From the NCBI GenBank assembly GCA_965226795.1, contig CBDDDZ010000005.1, forward strand, positions 1,728,001-1,792,000: 64,000 nt of DNA, in the 5' to 3' direction. Below the pieces are notes generated by a model. That model was given only the letters and a program-made list of their open reading frames with translations, was not told where the DNA came from and did no database searches. Below are positions 47,701 through 57,294 of this stretch, one piece after another. Positions within the stretch are counted from its first letter, which is position 1; the number at the start of each line of letters is the position of its first letter. The translations under genes were made by a program, and so were the position numbers. The stretch is from Candidatus Latescibacterota bacterium. Lineage in GTDB: Bacteria > Latescibacterota > UBA2968 > GCA-2709665.

Positions 47701-50495
47701 AGAGGCCGGGCCGTAAACGAACGCCTGGACCGCGCCACACGTTCCGGCGTGCCCTGCGCCACCACGCGCCCACCCGATTCTCCGCCGCCGGGCCCGAGGT
47801 CGATTACCCAGTCTGCCGTCTTTATGACATCCATGTTATGTTCGATCACGACCACCGTATTTCCCAGATCCACCAGCCGGTGAAGCACCGACAACAGATT
47901 CTGTATATCCGCAAAATGCAATCCGGTCGTCGGCTCATCCAAAATATAAAGTGTAGCCCCTGTCTGCTTGCGACACAACTCTTTAGCCAGCTTTACGCGT
48001 TGAGCTTCGCCACCGGACAGCGTTGGCGCCGGTTGCCCGAGTTTCACGTAGCTCATCCCCACCTCTACCAGCACCTTCAGTATCCGATGGATTTGGGGCA
48101 CCGCTTCGAAAAAGGCGCACGCCCGCTTCACCTCCATATCCAGCACGTCCGCTATGGACGCCTCCTTGTAACAAACATCCAGCGTCTCCCGACTGAACCG
48201 CCTGCCTTCGCAGATGGCGCACGTCACCCATACGTCGGCCAGAAAATCCATTTCGACGACATTTGCGCCGTTTCCGCCGCAGGCCTCACATCGCCCGCCT
48301 TTCACATTGAAACTGAAACGGCCAGGCCTGTACCCCCTCACCCTGGACTCCGGAAGGTCCGCGTACAACGCCCGGATGGGGTCGAACACCCCGGTGTATG
48401 TGGCCGGATTGCTCCGCGGCGTGCGTCCGATGGGTTGCTGGTCGATCTCGATCACCTTATCCAGCGCATCGATACCTTCGATGCGGTCGAAATCTCCGGG
48501 TTCGGATTCGGCTCGATTGAGTTCCCGCGCCAGCGTTCGGTAGACAATGTCGTTTACGAGCGAGCTCTTCCCCGAACCGGATACCCCGGTTACACAGTTG
48601 AATACGCCGAGGGGTAGTTCGACGTCGATTCCTTTAAGATTATTCTGTCTCGCGCCGTATACGCCGAGTCGCCGTCCCGTGGGTGCCCTGCGGTCGGGCA
48701 CGGCAATCGATTGTCTACCGGAGAGATAGGCTCCAGTCCTGGATCTCGCTGACAATGCGATCTTGCGCCAATCCCCGAAGGCAACCACTTCCCCTCCCAG
48801 GTGACCGGGTCCGGGCCCGAAATCCACAATCCAGTCCGCCCTCTTCATCGTCTCCTCATCGTGTTCGACCACAATGATCGTATTGCCAGCCTCCCGCAAC
48901 AGGCACAGTGCGTCCAGCAGGCTTTTGTTGTCGCGCTGGTGCAGTCCGATCGAGGGTTCGTCCAGCACGTAGGTTACCCCTACCAGACCGCTGCCGATCT
49001 GTCTCGCCAGCCGGATACGCTGTGCCTCGCCGCCGGACAGTGTCGGCGCCGCCCGATCCAGGGTGAGGTAGTCCAGTCCAACGTCAAGCAGGAATCTGAG
49101 CCGACCCAAAATTTCCTTGAGCGCATCTTCCGCGATCATCCGGCGGGTCGCCGTCAATTTCAAACCGTCAAGAAACGCTAAGGCATCCGCCACCGACATT
49201 GCCGCGGCCGCCGGCAGCGACATACCCTCGATTGTCACAGCCACGGCTTCGGCTCTCAACCGTGCGCCCAGGCACTTCGGACATCTCCCCGTCCGCATGT
49301 AGGGTCCCAGCCTTCCCCTCCACGCCGGCGAAGTCGCCTCCGCGTACCTGCGCTCCAACGGTGGAAGAATTCCCTCAAACGTATCGCTATGGCTATAAAC
49401 ACCACCGTCACGCCTCCGCCATTCCAGCCTGATGCGGTTCTTCACCCCGTACAGCAATTCCTCACGTGCGGTTTGGGAAATCTCCCGCCACGGTGTAGAT
49501 ACATCCGCGCCGTGGCGCTCCAATACACCGTTGTAATAGTGTATTTTCCACCGGTTCCGGGGCTCTCCGAGCGGCGCAATTGCCCCATCCATGACCGACA
49601 GGGAATCGTCCGGTACCGAGCGTTTCCGATCCAGGGCAAACTGAGTACCGAGACCTCTACACGTCGGGCACATCCCCTGCGGATTGTTGAACGAAAACAG
49701 CTGAGGCGTTGGTTCCGATGCGCTCAAACCGCACAGGGTGCAGGAAAGGTTGGAACTCAGCAGCAGATCCTCCCCGTCCTCGAACCCGACGATCAGTGTA
49801 CCGTTGCCGAATCCCAGCGCCGCATCGACCGCTTCGCCAATACGCCCGTGTCCGTCCACCCGCACCACAAGGCGGTCCACGACGAGGTCGATATCGTGTC
49901 GGATTTGGCGTTCGAGTCGCTGCGTCTCGGTCAGCTGCACGATCCGTCCGTCGACACGTACACGGAGATAACCCTCCCGTTGCAGATCGGCAAATAGGTC
50001 CAGATACTCCCCTTTTCTCCCGCGGACAATCGGGGCCATCACATTGATCCGTGTCCCGACGCCCAGCGCCATAATCCGATCCACAATCCCATCGCGTGTC
50101 TGCGTGCCGATCGGCGTTCCGCACGACACACAATGCGGCACGCCAACCCGTGCGTACAGCACGCGAAGGTAGTCGTAGATTTCCGTCATCGTGCCCACAG
50201 TCGACCTGGGATTCCGCGCGGCGGCCTTCTGTTCGAAGGACACTGTTGGCGAAAGGCCTGTAATCTGATCCACATCGGGCTTTCGTATCTGACCCAGAAA
50301 CTGGCGGGCATACGCGGAAAGGGACTCGATATAGCGACGCTGGCCCTCTGCAAAAATGGTATCGAAGGCCAACGAGGACTTGCCGGAGCCCGAAACACCC
50401 GTAAAGCATATCAGTTGATTTCGCGGCAGGGTCAGGTTCACATCCTTCAGGTTATGTACCCGCGCCCCCTTGATGACAATATCACGCGTTTCCAT
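44796..50495 (-). CDS. uvrA: Excinuclease ABC subunit A, double-length (two complete UvrA modules, 1899 aa)
   Basis: Four GVSGSGKSS Walker A motifs, four LSGGEAQR signatures, duplicated Zn-binding CxxC motifs and two NPRSTVGT motifs. Confidence 0.96.
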   Translation of the reverse strand: METRDIVIKGARVHNLKDVNLTLPRNQLICFTGVSGSGKSSLAFDTIFAEGQRRYIESLSAYARQFLGQIRKPDVDQITGLSPTVSFEQKAAARNPRSTVGTMTEIYDYLRVLYARVGVPHCVSCGTPIGTQTRDGIVDRIMALGVGTRINVMAPIVRGRKGEYLDLFADLQREGYLRVRVDGRIVQLTETQRLERQIRHDIDLVVDRLVVRVDGHGRIGEAVDAALGFGNGTLIVGFEDGEDLLLSSNLSCTLCGLSASEPTPQLFSFNNPQGMCPTCRGLGTQFALDRKRSVPDDSLSVMDGAIAPLGEPRNRWKIHYYNGVLERHGADVSTPWREISQTAREELLYGVKNRIRLEWRRRDGGVYSHSDTFEGILPPLERRYAEATSPAWRGRLGPYMRTGRCPKCLGARLRAEAVAVTIEGMSLPAAAAMSVADALAFLDGLKLTATRRMIAEDALKEILGRLRFLLDVGLDYLTLDRAAPTLSGGEAQRIRLARQIGSGLVGVTYVLDEPSIGLHQRDNKSLLDALCLLREAGNTIIVVEHDEETMKRADWIVDFGPGPGHLGGEVVAFGDWRKIALSARSRTGAYLSGRQSIAVPDRRAPTGRRLGVYGARQNNLKGIDVELPLGVFNCVTGVSGSGKSSLVNDIVYRTLARELNRAESEPGDFDRIEGIDALDKVIEIDQQPIGRTPRSNPATYTGVFDPIRALYADLPESRVRGYRPGRFSFNVKGGRCEACGGNGANVVEMDFLADVWVTCAICEGRRFSRETLDVCYKEASIADVLDMEVKRACAFFEAVPQIHRILKVLVEVGMSYVKLGQPAPTLSGGEAQRVKLAKELCRKQTGATLYILDEPTTGLHFADIQNLLSVLHRLVDLGNTVVVIEHNMDVIKTADWVIDLGPGGGESGGRVVAQGTPERVARSRRSFTARPLRSALKHGHDPVGSDGARSRRSGGKGLIREIQVTGARENNLRNVDVRIPREKLTVVSGVSGSGKSSLALDTVFAEGQRRYVESLSAYARQFLGQLPKPKVERVVGLSPAIAIEQKAASKNPRSTVGTVTEVYDYLRALFALVGEVYCPVCDVRAGALAIQEIVERILRMPSGRRVYLLSPQRPGKGEDYDALISRAARDGYLRGRLDGEVFDLKSPAEIDHRQSHRLEILVDRVTLKPGVRKRIADSIEKALMLSGGVVIAASPDDGRETRFSQVLSCPKCGRSFDEVAPQHLSFNSHEGWCPSCEGLGTQKGMGKNTLIPDHRKSVSEGAVPVLGELKDGPLAALIRAVGDAGEFDLEMPILDMSQTAQEVLLYGTGERWIQDANGLRFKYKGLFNSLEELVRGSPRFREKMGDLVEDVACLVCRGARLKPESAAVRLRGMTIFELVDLPIGKARRWFEDLVLTERELVAVGEVLQEIRVRMRFLHEVGLGYLSLSRRAPTLSGGEAQRIRLASQIGSGLTGVLYVLDEPTIGLHQRDNRRLLAALGQLRDLGNTLLVVEHDRETLEAADHILDFGPGAGAHGGALVAEGPPNLLSSENGSLTAKYLAGRLAVESPPRRSAQRGCVEVVGARHNNLKGLNVKFPLGKLIGVTGVSGSGKSSLVNDVLYGALAARMNGVRGTAADHDEVRGMDGIDKVINIDQSPIGFSSRSNPATYVKVFDRVRRLYAQLPDARIRGFSPGHFSFNHRKGRCEACKGLGSRCIEMHFLPDVWVTCEDCNGKRYNRDVVNVLYKGRSVADVLDMTVDEALRQFGNVPGIHRTLKTLVEVGLEYIKMGQASTTLSGGEAQRVKLARELARPNTGKTVYLLDEPTTGLHIADVARLLVVLNRLVDAGNTVIVIEHNLDVIKTADWIIDLGPEGGDEGGYLVAAGTPEEVAQVDASYTGRFLREMLDRDDPVMQHSPQVPA

Positions 50496-50711
50496 GAATC
50501 CGCTGCTTTCCCAGATAACCCTCCTAGGAAAAACCGCATCTCCTTTATTGACGGTCCTGCGGATCGAATCCCGGGAGGCCGTCCGAAATGACATCCTGCA
50601 CCATTCCCTGTATCCGAAAACGATTTACCACTCTTTTAACCGGTTCCGCGGAGCATTGAACCCTACAGGATATCTTTCCTGATCCGTACCCCCATCTGAT
50701 AGCCGATTCCC

Positions 50712-50740
50712 AATATACTATACAAATGTTCAGATATCAA
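50712..50740 (-). promoter_or_regulatory. sigma70-type uvrA promoter with a candidate LexA-like box in the spacer
   Basis: Minus strand TTGATA-N17-TATATT; the spacer contains GAAC-ATTT-GTAT. Confidence 0.55.
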
Positions 50741-50852
50741 GAAGAATCCCGCAAAGGAATACTTCGTGAAATTGCTACCCGGGAATGGCCGCCGATGGCG
50801 GACGATTGAAGGAATTCCGATGACCCGACCCGTTCCTCCACACCAAACGACC

Positions 50853-50889
50853 GAAAGCGCCTTTATCCCCGATGGACAAAGACGCTTTC
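50853..50889 (-). terminator. Long hairpin downstream of the STAS gene
   Basis: Minus strand GAAAGCGTCTTTGTCC-N5-GGATAAAGGCGCTTTC; weak U-tail. Confidence 0.45.
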
Positions 50890-50916
50890 AGACGCTCTTT
50901 CAGATGGTGCCATCTT

Positions 50917-51270
50917 CTATTCGGGCGGTTGTGTCTTGAAACTGGCCACCGCCCGGTCTACCGTGTCGAGGGTACGGAAGATGCCGGCCAGCTGAGTAAC
51001 CATCAGTATGCTTTCGATTTTCCGGGTGATGCCCGTCAGCCGCATATCTCCCCCCGCATGCCGAACCGTGGTCAGGCTGGCGGTCATTACGCCGAGCATC
51101 GAACTGCCAAACCATTTGACCTTCGAAAAATCAACCACCACCCTGCTTATGCCGTCTTTGACCAACCGTTTGATGTGGTCGTGAAACTCGGCCACTTCAG
51201 GACCGGACATCAGGGCGCCAGTTACCGTCAACACGGCAACATCTTCCCGGATTTCCTCACTAATTTTCAT
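50917..51270 (-). CDS. STAS-domain anti-sigma factor antagonist
   Basis: VVVDFSKVKWFGSSMLG (phosphorylatable Ser region); 117 aa; promoter TTGATC-N17-TATATT at 51370-51398. Confidence 0.92.
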   Translation of the reverse strand: MKISEEIREDVAVLTVTGALMSGPEVAEFHDHIKRLVKDGISRVVVDFSKVKWFGSSMLGVMTASLTTVRHAGGDMRLTGITRKIESILMVTQLAGIFRTLDTVDRAVASFKTQPPE

Positions 51271-51525
51271 GGTTCTTCCCCCTCAGAGTTTCGGGTTGCT
51301 ACAAACCGCTGCATCGTCCGTAAAAACGCGTTTCAAACCGCGTGAATTGTGAAGCGTTGCTACCATCCCAATATAATCGCTATTGTGCTCAGGATCAAGT
51401 CAGGAATTTAGCTGCGGGCGAGTGTCGAGCCAGTTTTCGGCTTGACAAAGGCCTGTCCGACCGCTTACTTATTGGCCGCCGATACCACGACACGACACAT
51501 CTCGGTGAAAAAGAAGAGGATACTC

Positions 51526-52320
51526 ATGGATCTCGGATGCAGCACGATCCTGTATGGCGGGTACGACCTGGAAGTCGCCATGGAACGGACCCGGGCGGCC
51601 GGCTACCGGGCGATCGAACTCTGTTGTATTCCGGGGATGGCGCCACACCTGGCCATCGGCGCGAGCGACGCCTATTACCGGAATATCAGAAGCCGGACAA
51701 CGAATCACCAGTTGGAAATCGAATCGCTAGGCGCGAGCGGCAATATGGACGACGAGGAACGGTTCCTTCAAATCCTGGACGCTGCTGCCGCCGTCGGCGC
51801 GCCCGTGGTCACGACGGGCCCGGGCGGGAAGCCGGACGACGAAAAGGAGTTCAACGCCACAGTCGAAAAAATCAACGTACTGGCAGACCAGGCCGCCCGC
51901 CGTGGCGTCAGGCTCAGCATCAAACCTCACGTCGGCAACGCCGTCTACAACACCGACACGGCGTATCGATTCATGCAGCAGGTCGATCGTCGCTGGGTGG
52001 GACTCAATTACGACGCCACCCATATCTGGCGCACCCCGCAGCAGGAGGTGCCCGAAGAAACCATTGGCAAAATCAGCGAATATATCCTTTCGCTCAGAAT
52101 CCGAGACGTGAAGGGAAGGCAGACCGCTATAGGACCGGTCGAAAACCAGGTGGCCGGCAACGGAGATATGGATCTCCACGCGCAGGCATGCGCATTCAAG
52201 GCGATTCCAGGGCTCGAATACGCGGTTCTGGAGATCGTGGGCACGCGGGACATGGGTGTGGACGAGATCGACAGCGTTCTCCGGCGGTCGTACGACTACT
52301 TCAGGCCACTCTTCGAATGA
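51526..52320 (+). CDS. Sugar phosphate isomerase/epimerase (xylose-isomerase-like TIM barrel)
   Basis: GYRAIEL, LSIKPH, GLNYDATH, RIRD, GNGDMD and VLEI motifs. Confidence 0.85.
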   Translation: MDLGCSTILYGGYDLEVAMERTRAAGYRAIELCCIPGMAPHLAIGASDAYYRNIRSRTTNHQLEIESLGASGNMDDEERFLQILDAAAAVGAPVVTTGPGGKPDDEKEFNATVEKINVLADQAARRGVRLSIKPHVGNAVYNTDTAYRFMQQVDRRWVGLNYDATHIWRTPQQEVPEETIGKISEYILSLRIRDVKGRQTAIGPVENQVAGNGDMDLHAQACAFKAIPGLEYAVLEIVGTRDMGVDEIDSVLRRSYDYFRPLFE

Positions 52321-52389
52321 ATTAAACAGAATCGCGGTAAGCCACCCTGCGGCCTCGATATCCCTCTGTTTCGTGCAAGGAGCACAGGT

Positions 52390-53412
52390 ATGATCCGTGT
52401 CGGCGTCATCGGCATGCGCGGCATCGGCGGTCAGCATGCCGAAGTTTACATGAACAACAGCAGATCGGACCTTGTGGCCGTCTGCGACCTGGTCAAGGAA
52501 CGTGCGGACAGCGCGGCCGAGCGTTATGGAGCGAAACCCTTCTACAACATTCAGGACATGCTGAATTGCGAAGAACTGGATGCCGTAAGCGTGGCAACCG
52601 GCGGCTTCGAAAACGGCGGCGACCATTACGAACCCACGATACAATGCATGGAAGCCGGCGTTAGCGTCCTGTGTGAAAAACCCATAAGCAACAATATCGA
52701 TCACGCCCGGCAGATGGTCAAAAAAGCGCACGAATGCAACATCCGGTTCGGCATCAATCTGAACCACCGATTTGTTCCGCCTGCGGCGAAAGCCAGGGGC
52801 TGGATTGAGGAAGGCTGCCTCGGGCATCTGCTGCTGATCAACATGACCATGTGGATCGGAAACCCCAACGAGACTTCCCCGTGGTTCCATCTGCGGGCCC
52901 TGCACCCCCATTCGATCGACATCATGCGATACTTCTGCGGCAACGTGGCGCGCGTACAGGCGTTCCTGAACAAAGCGCCCGGACGCAGCGGAGACAGCGC
53001 CACGGTGTGCTGGTCCAACGCACAGATCAACATGCACTTCGAGAACGACGTTGTGGGTCACCTTACCGGCAGCTACGACACCAATCCGGCTCACAACCTG
53101 GAACGCTGCGAGGTGTTGGGAACCGAGGGCCGCTTTGTCCTCGACAACTGTTTCGAGGATTTGACACTTTATCCAAGACGTTCCGAGGAACTCACCGTCG
53201 TGCGCAACTCCATTATGGGCGGCCTGGTCTTCGAGGACACCTTCCCGCGGCGCATCAACCGATGGATCGAACAACTGGATGAAGGCGCGCCCCAGTCGGA
53301 AATCGAAGGTTCCGGAGAAGACGGCCTCGCTGTACAGGAGGTCATCGAAGCGGCCATCCGCTCGTGGGAGGAGCGGACCATCGCAGACGTGCCAGGTGTG
53401 CCGGAAGCGTAA
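52390..53412 (+). CDS. Gfo/Idh/MocA oxidoreductase
   Basis: RVGVIGMRGIG, VLCEKP, NHRF and HSID motifs. Confidence 0.92.
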   Translation: MIRVGVIGMRGIGGQHAEVYMNNSRSDLVAVCDLVKERADSAAERYGAKPFYNIQDMLNCEELDAVSVATGGFENGGDHYEPTIQCMEAGVSVLCEKPISNNIDHARQMVKKAHECNIRFGINLNHRFVPPAAKARGWIEEGCLGHLLLINMTMWIGNPNETSPWFHLRALHPHSIDIMRYFCGNVARVQAFLNKAPGRSGDSATVCWSNAQINMHFENDVVGHLTGSYDTNPAHNLERCEVLGTEGRFVLDNCFEDLTLYPRRSEELTVVRNSIMGGLVFEDTFPRRINRWIEQLDEGAPQSEIEGSGEDGLAVQEVIEAAIRSWEERTIADVPGVPEA

Positions 53413-53519
53413 CCCGAACCGCCCCTGGATTTTCCCCGCTTGGCGGGGCCGGCAAAATAAAAGCCGGAAAGATACGCTGTGCGCAGACCGTTGCTCGCCG
53501 GTAGCGAAGGAATCCATCC

Positions 53520-54572
53520 TTGAATCGTATTGGAATCGGCGTTGTCAGCCATGCTCACGGCCACGTCGGAACCTACTGTGGGGTGATGAAAGGGTTCGAA
53601 GACGTCGAACTGGTCGCCGTGTGGGACGACAACCAAGACCGGGGCAGGTTGGCTGTCAGTCGCTTTGGAATGGACTTTCGCCCTTCTGTCGACGAATTGC
53701 TGAACGACGGGCGCATCCAGGCCGTCATGATCGGAGTCGAAACCAACCGACACGCGGAATTTGTGGAACGGGCCGCAGCAGCCGGTAAACACATCCTCTG
53801 TCAGAAACCGCTCGCCACGACGCTCGAAGACTGCGACCGCATCTCTGCCGCCGTAAAAAAGCACGGTGTCAAGTTCAGCATGGCCTTCCAGATGCGGCAG
53901 GATCCCGTCAACCGGAAGATCAAATCCCTGTTGGAAGAAGGCGCCGTGGGAAACGTCGCGGTCGTCCGCCGCCGCCATTGTATCAACGTGCTCCTCAATA
54001 CCGATTTTGTCAACGGCCCCTCTCGCTGGCACTTCGATCCCGAGTCCAATATCGGCATGTTCTTCGACGACGCGATGCACGCGGCGGACTGGTTCTACTG
54101 GATGCTGGGGAAGCCCGTCAGCGTCATGGCCGAAATCCACGCCGTTGTTACGGACGTTTCACCCGACGACAACGGCGTGGCCATCTATCGGTTCAGGAAC
54201 GGCGAAATCGGCGTCCTTTACAACTCCTCCACGGCCGTGGCAGGCGTCAACACCACCGAAATAGACGGCGACGCCGGCACCCTCATCCAGGACTACGGCG
54301 ATGCCCCCTCCACCGGTCCGCCTCGGCCCGAAGACGCCGTTCCGCTGCGCCTGATGCGCAAAGACCACGCCGAATGGACCTCTTTTCAGATGCCCATCCC
54401 CGCGGGCCAGGGCGAACGCATCGAAGCCGTCCCCCGTCCGTTTGTGGACTATGTACGCGGCCTTACGGACGAAACCATTTCCGCGGATGAGGGCAGGGTT
54501 TCCGTAGAAATGGTGCTGGGCGCATACCAATCCAGCATCGAAGGCCGCCGGGTCGTTTTTCCAATTACCTAA
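53520..54572 (+). CDS. Gfo/Idh/MocA oxidoreductase
   Basis: GKHILCQKPLA, AFQMR and GMFFDDAMHAAD motifs. Confidence 0.9.
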   Translation: MNRIGIGVVSHAHGHVGTYCGVMKGFEDVELVAVWDDNQDRGRLAVSRFGMDFRPSVDELLNDGRIQAVMIGVETNRHAEFVERAAAAGKHILCQKPLATTLEDCDRISAAVKKHGVKFSMAFQMRQDPVNRKIKSLLEEGAVGNVAVVRRRHCINVLLNTDFVNGPSRWHFDPESNIGMFFDDAMHAADWFYWMLGKPVSVMAEIHAVVTDVSPDDNGVAIYRFRNGEIGVLYNSSTAVAGVNTTEIDGDAGTLIQDYGDAPSTGPPRPEDAVPLRLMRKDHAEWTSFQMPIPAGQGERIEAVPRPFVDYVRGLTDETISADEGRVSVEMVLGAYQSSIEGRRVVFPIT

Positions 54573-54573
54573 G

Positions 54574-55876
54574 ATGGCGACGAATCTACTCTTTATCACC
54601 ACCGACCAGCAGCGCCGGGACAGCCTCCCATGCTACGGCCTCGACTTTATGCGGACGCCCGCGCTGGACCGCCTGGCTGACGAGGGGCTCGTCTTCGACC
54701 GCTGTATCGTCCCGGCGCCCGTCTGCGTCCCATGTCGCGCCTCCATCATGGGAGGACAATACCCATCCAACACGGGCGTCCTCGGCAACGACAGCTGGCT
54801 GCCCGACCACGTTCCCACCTGGCCCGCCCCTATTTCAGCGACCGGCAGGCGGACTGCCGCCATTGGAAAGATGCACTTTCATCCGTGGGACGATCTCAAG
54901 GGATTCGATGAACGCATCACAGCCGAAGACAAGCGCCACTTCTACCTGCCAGACGACCATGTGCGGTTCCTGAAAAGCCACGGGCTGGAGCGCCCCTGAT
55001 CCGTTCGCCGTTTGGGTCAGCTTTTCCGGTCCCCACGACCCCTACGATCCGCCCGAGGAGATGGCGGATCTTTACTACAACGCCCCGATTCCCGAGCCGG
55101 TCGGCTCAGCCGAAGAACTCGCGCACAAACCCCCGGCGCAGCGCGAAAGAGGACGGGGCGCCAGGAACAGTTCGGTGTACCGCATCGACTTCTCCCGGGC
55201 CACTCCTGAGCACTACCGACGGTGGCGGGCACACTATTATGCCAATATCACGCTCATCGACGAAGGCATCGGAAAAATCCTTTCGGCTCTGGAGTCGGCC
55301 GGCGTCCTGGAGGAGACGCTCATCATCTTCACCTCCGATCACGGCGACGCCCTGGGCGACCACGGCCTGTCCTTCAAGACTTTTTTTTACGACTCCATGG
55401 TCCGGGTGCCTCTCATCGTTCGCGGCCCCGGCGTCCCACGGAAGCGTAGATCCGCCTCCCTCGTGAGCACCCTCGATCTGATTCCACTCATTTATCGTAC
55501 GTGCGGCGTCGCGCCTCCGGAGACCCTTCAGGGAGTGGACATCTCACCCTTGCTTCAGAACCCCTCCGCCTGCATTCGGGACGCCGCATTCAGCGAGATA
55601 GAAGGCCGGACTATGGTGATGACCGACCGTTACAAGTACGCTCGATACCGCGACGGCTCGGCCGAACTCTACGACCGGAACGCCGATCCGGACGAAGTCG
55701 TCAATCTCTCGGGCGACTCCCGGCACGCCGAAACCGAGCGCGACCTCATGGCCCGTCTACTGGATCACTCGTTGGACAACCAGACCTTCCAGGCGACCGC
55801 GGTCGGTGTACCCCAGAATCCCATCCGGGTCGCGCTCGAAGAGGAATACAGAAACAAGATGCGGCACCGAGGTTGA
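54574..55876 (+). pseudogene. Formylglycine-dependent sulfatase, broken at about 54995 by frameshift plus probable internal deletion
   Basis: The N-part has NLLFITTDQQR, CVPCRAS and GKMH and ends GLERP-stop. The next frame starts directly with PDPFAVWVSFSGPHDPY and continues to SDHG and RVPLI. Confidence 0.8.
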
Positions 55877-55928
55877 ATCCGAACCGTCACCTCCAGCCGG
55901 TGGCGTCGCCAATTCTTACCCAGGCAGG

Positions 55929-57176
55929 ATGAAAATCGAACTCAACGGCGTGAATTATCGCCTTCCCGAAGCCCCCGTCGCGGTCGTCTGCGTCGATGGT
56001 GGAGACCCGGAGTACCTTGAGGCGGCGCGTAGAGCCGGGGCGATTCCCACGATCGCCCTTTTCATGGATGCCGGGTACAATGGCGCCGCCCACTGTGTCA
56101 TTCCGAGCTTTACTTGTCCTAACAACCTTTCCATCGCCGCGGGCGCCCCGCCCGCGGTGCACGGGATTTCGGGCAATTTCCACCTCGACCGGCGTACCGG
56201 CAAAGCCGTGCCGATGACGGGCCCGGAGATGATGCGTTCGCGTACGATTTTCGACGTCGCGTCAAAGGCCGGCGTCGAAACGGCCGTAATCACCGCCAAG
56301 GAAAAACTCCGCAGGCAACTCGGCAATGGAATGGATGTCGGCAATGGCAACCTCTGTTTCTCCTCGCAATGCGCAGACCGCTGTACGCTCGAGGAGAATG
56401 GCATCCACGACGCGCTCGGTTGGGTCGGCCGGCCATTGCCAGACATGTACTCCGACGCGCTGTCGCTGTTCGTGCTCGACGCCGGCGTCCGGTTCCTCGA
56501 AAAGGACAACCGGCCGCGTCTGGCGTACCTGTCTCTGACGGACTACGTACAGCACATGTACCCACCGGATCATCCGGCGGCACTCGGTTTTTATCGATCG
56601 CTCGACCGGCGCTGCGCGGAACTCGATCGCCTCGGCGCGACCGTAGCTCTAGTCGCCGATCACGGCATGAAAGACAAGTGCACCCCGGAGGGTGCTTACA
56701 ATATCATTTATCTTCAGGATCTGCTGGACAGGCGTTTCGGTCCGGAAAAAACGCGTGTCATCTGTCCCATCACCGACGATTTCGTGGGGCATCACGGCTC
56801 GCTGGGGGGATTTGTCCGGGTTTACTGCTTCGACGACCTGAAGGTCAGCGACGCGATTCGCTATATAGAATCAATCGAGGGGATCGAAACTGTCATAGAG
56901 CGCGCAGAGGCGGCGGCCCGTTTCAACCTTCCGTTCGATGTCGAGGGCGACGCCGTGGCGATCGCCACCGGCGGGTTCTGTATTGGCATGACCCCGGGCG
57001 ATCACGATCTCGAAGGGCTTCATGGGGAGCGCCTGCGCTCGCACGGCGGCCTCTCCGAGCGTGAAGTGCCGTTCATCCTCAACCGCCCGCTCACCGGGGA
57101 GTACCTTGCACGCGCTGCGTCGGAACAGCTGATGAATTACCACATTTTCGAATTCGCGCTGAACGGCTTGACGTGA
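55929..57176 (+). CDS. phnA: Phosphonoacetate hydrolase
   Basis: IELNGVNY, VVCVDG, PSFTCPNN (Thr nucleophile), HGISGN, YLSLTDYVQH, ADHGM, ICPITD..HHG and LRSHGG motifs. Confidence 0.92.
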   Translation: MKIELNGVNYRLPEAPVAVVCVDGGDPEYLEAARRAGAIPTIALFMDAGYNGAAHCVIPSFTCPNNLSIAAGAPPAVHGISGNFHLDRRTGKAVPMTGPEMMRSRTIFDVASKAGVETAVITAKEKLRRQLGNGMDVGNGNLCFSSQCADRCTLEENGIHDALGWVGRPLPDMYSDALSLFVLDAGVRFLEKDNRPRLAYLSLTDYVQHMYPPDHPAALGFYRSLDRRCAELDRLGATVALVADHGMKDKCTPEGAYNIIYLQDLLDRRFGPEKTRVICPITDDFVGHHGSLGGFVRVYCFDDLKVSDAIRYIESIEGIETVIERAEAAARFNLPFDVEGDAVAIATGGFCIGMTPGDHDLEGLHGERLRSHGGLSEREVPFILNRPLTGEYLARAASEQLMNYHIFEFALNGLT

Positions 57177-57294
57177 GGCGGCCGCAACAAGACGCGCGAA
57201 TACCCGGCAACCTTCGACACCGGTCGGGACTGCGAGCCAAACCGAGGCCGGATCTTCATTCCGAAATACCGTAAAGAAAAAAGGAGCCAGATAG

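Noticed and set aside
51727..53517. 596-aa minus-strand ORF
   Set aside because: Antisense shadow of the isomerase and Gfo/Idh/MocA genes; no recognisable motifs; expected in GC-rich DNA.
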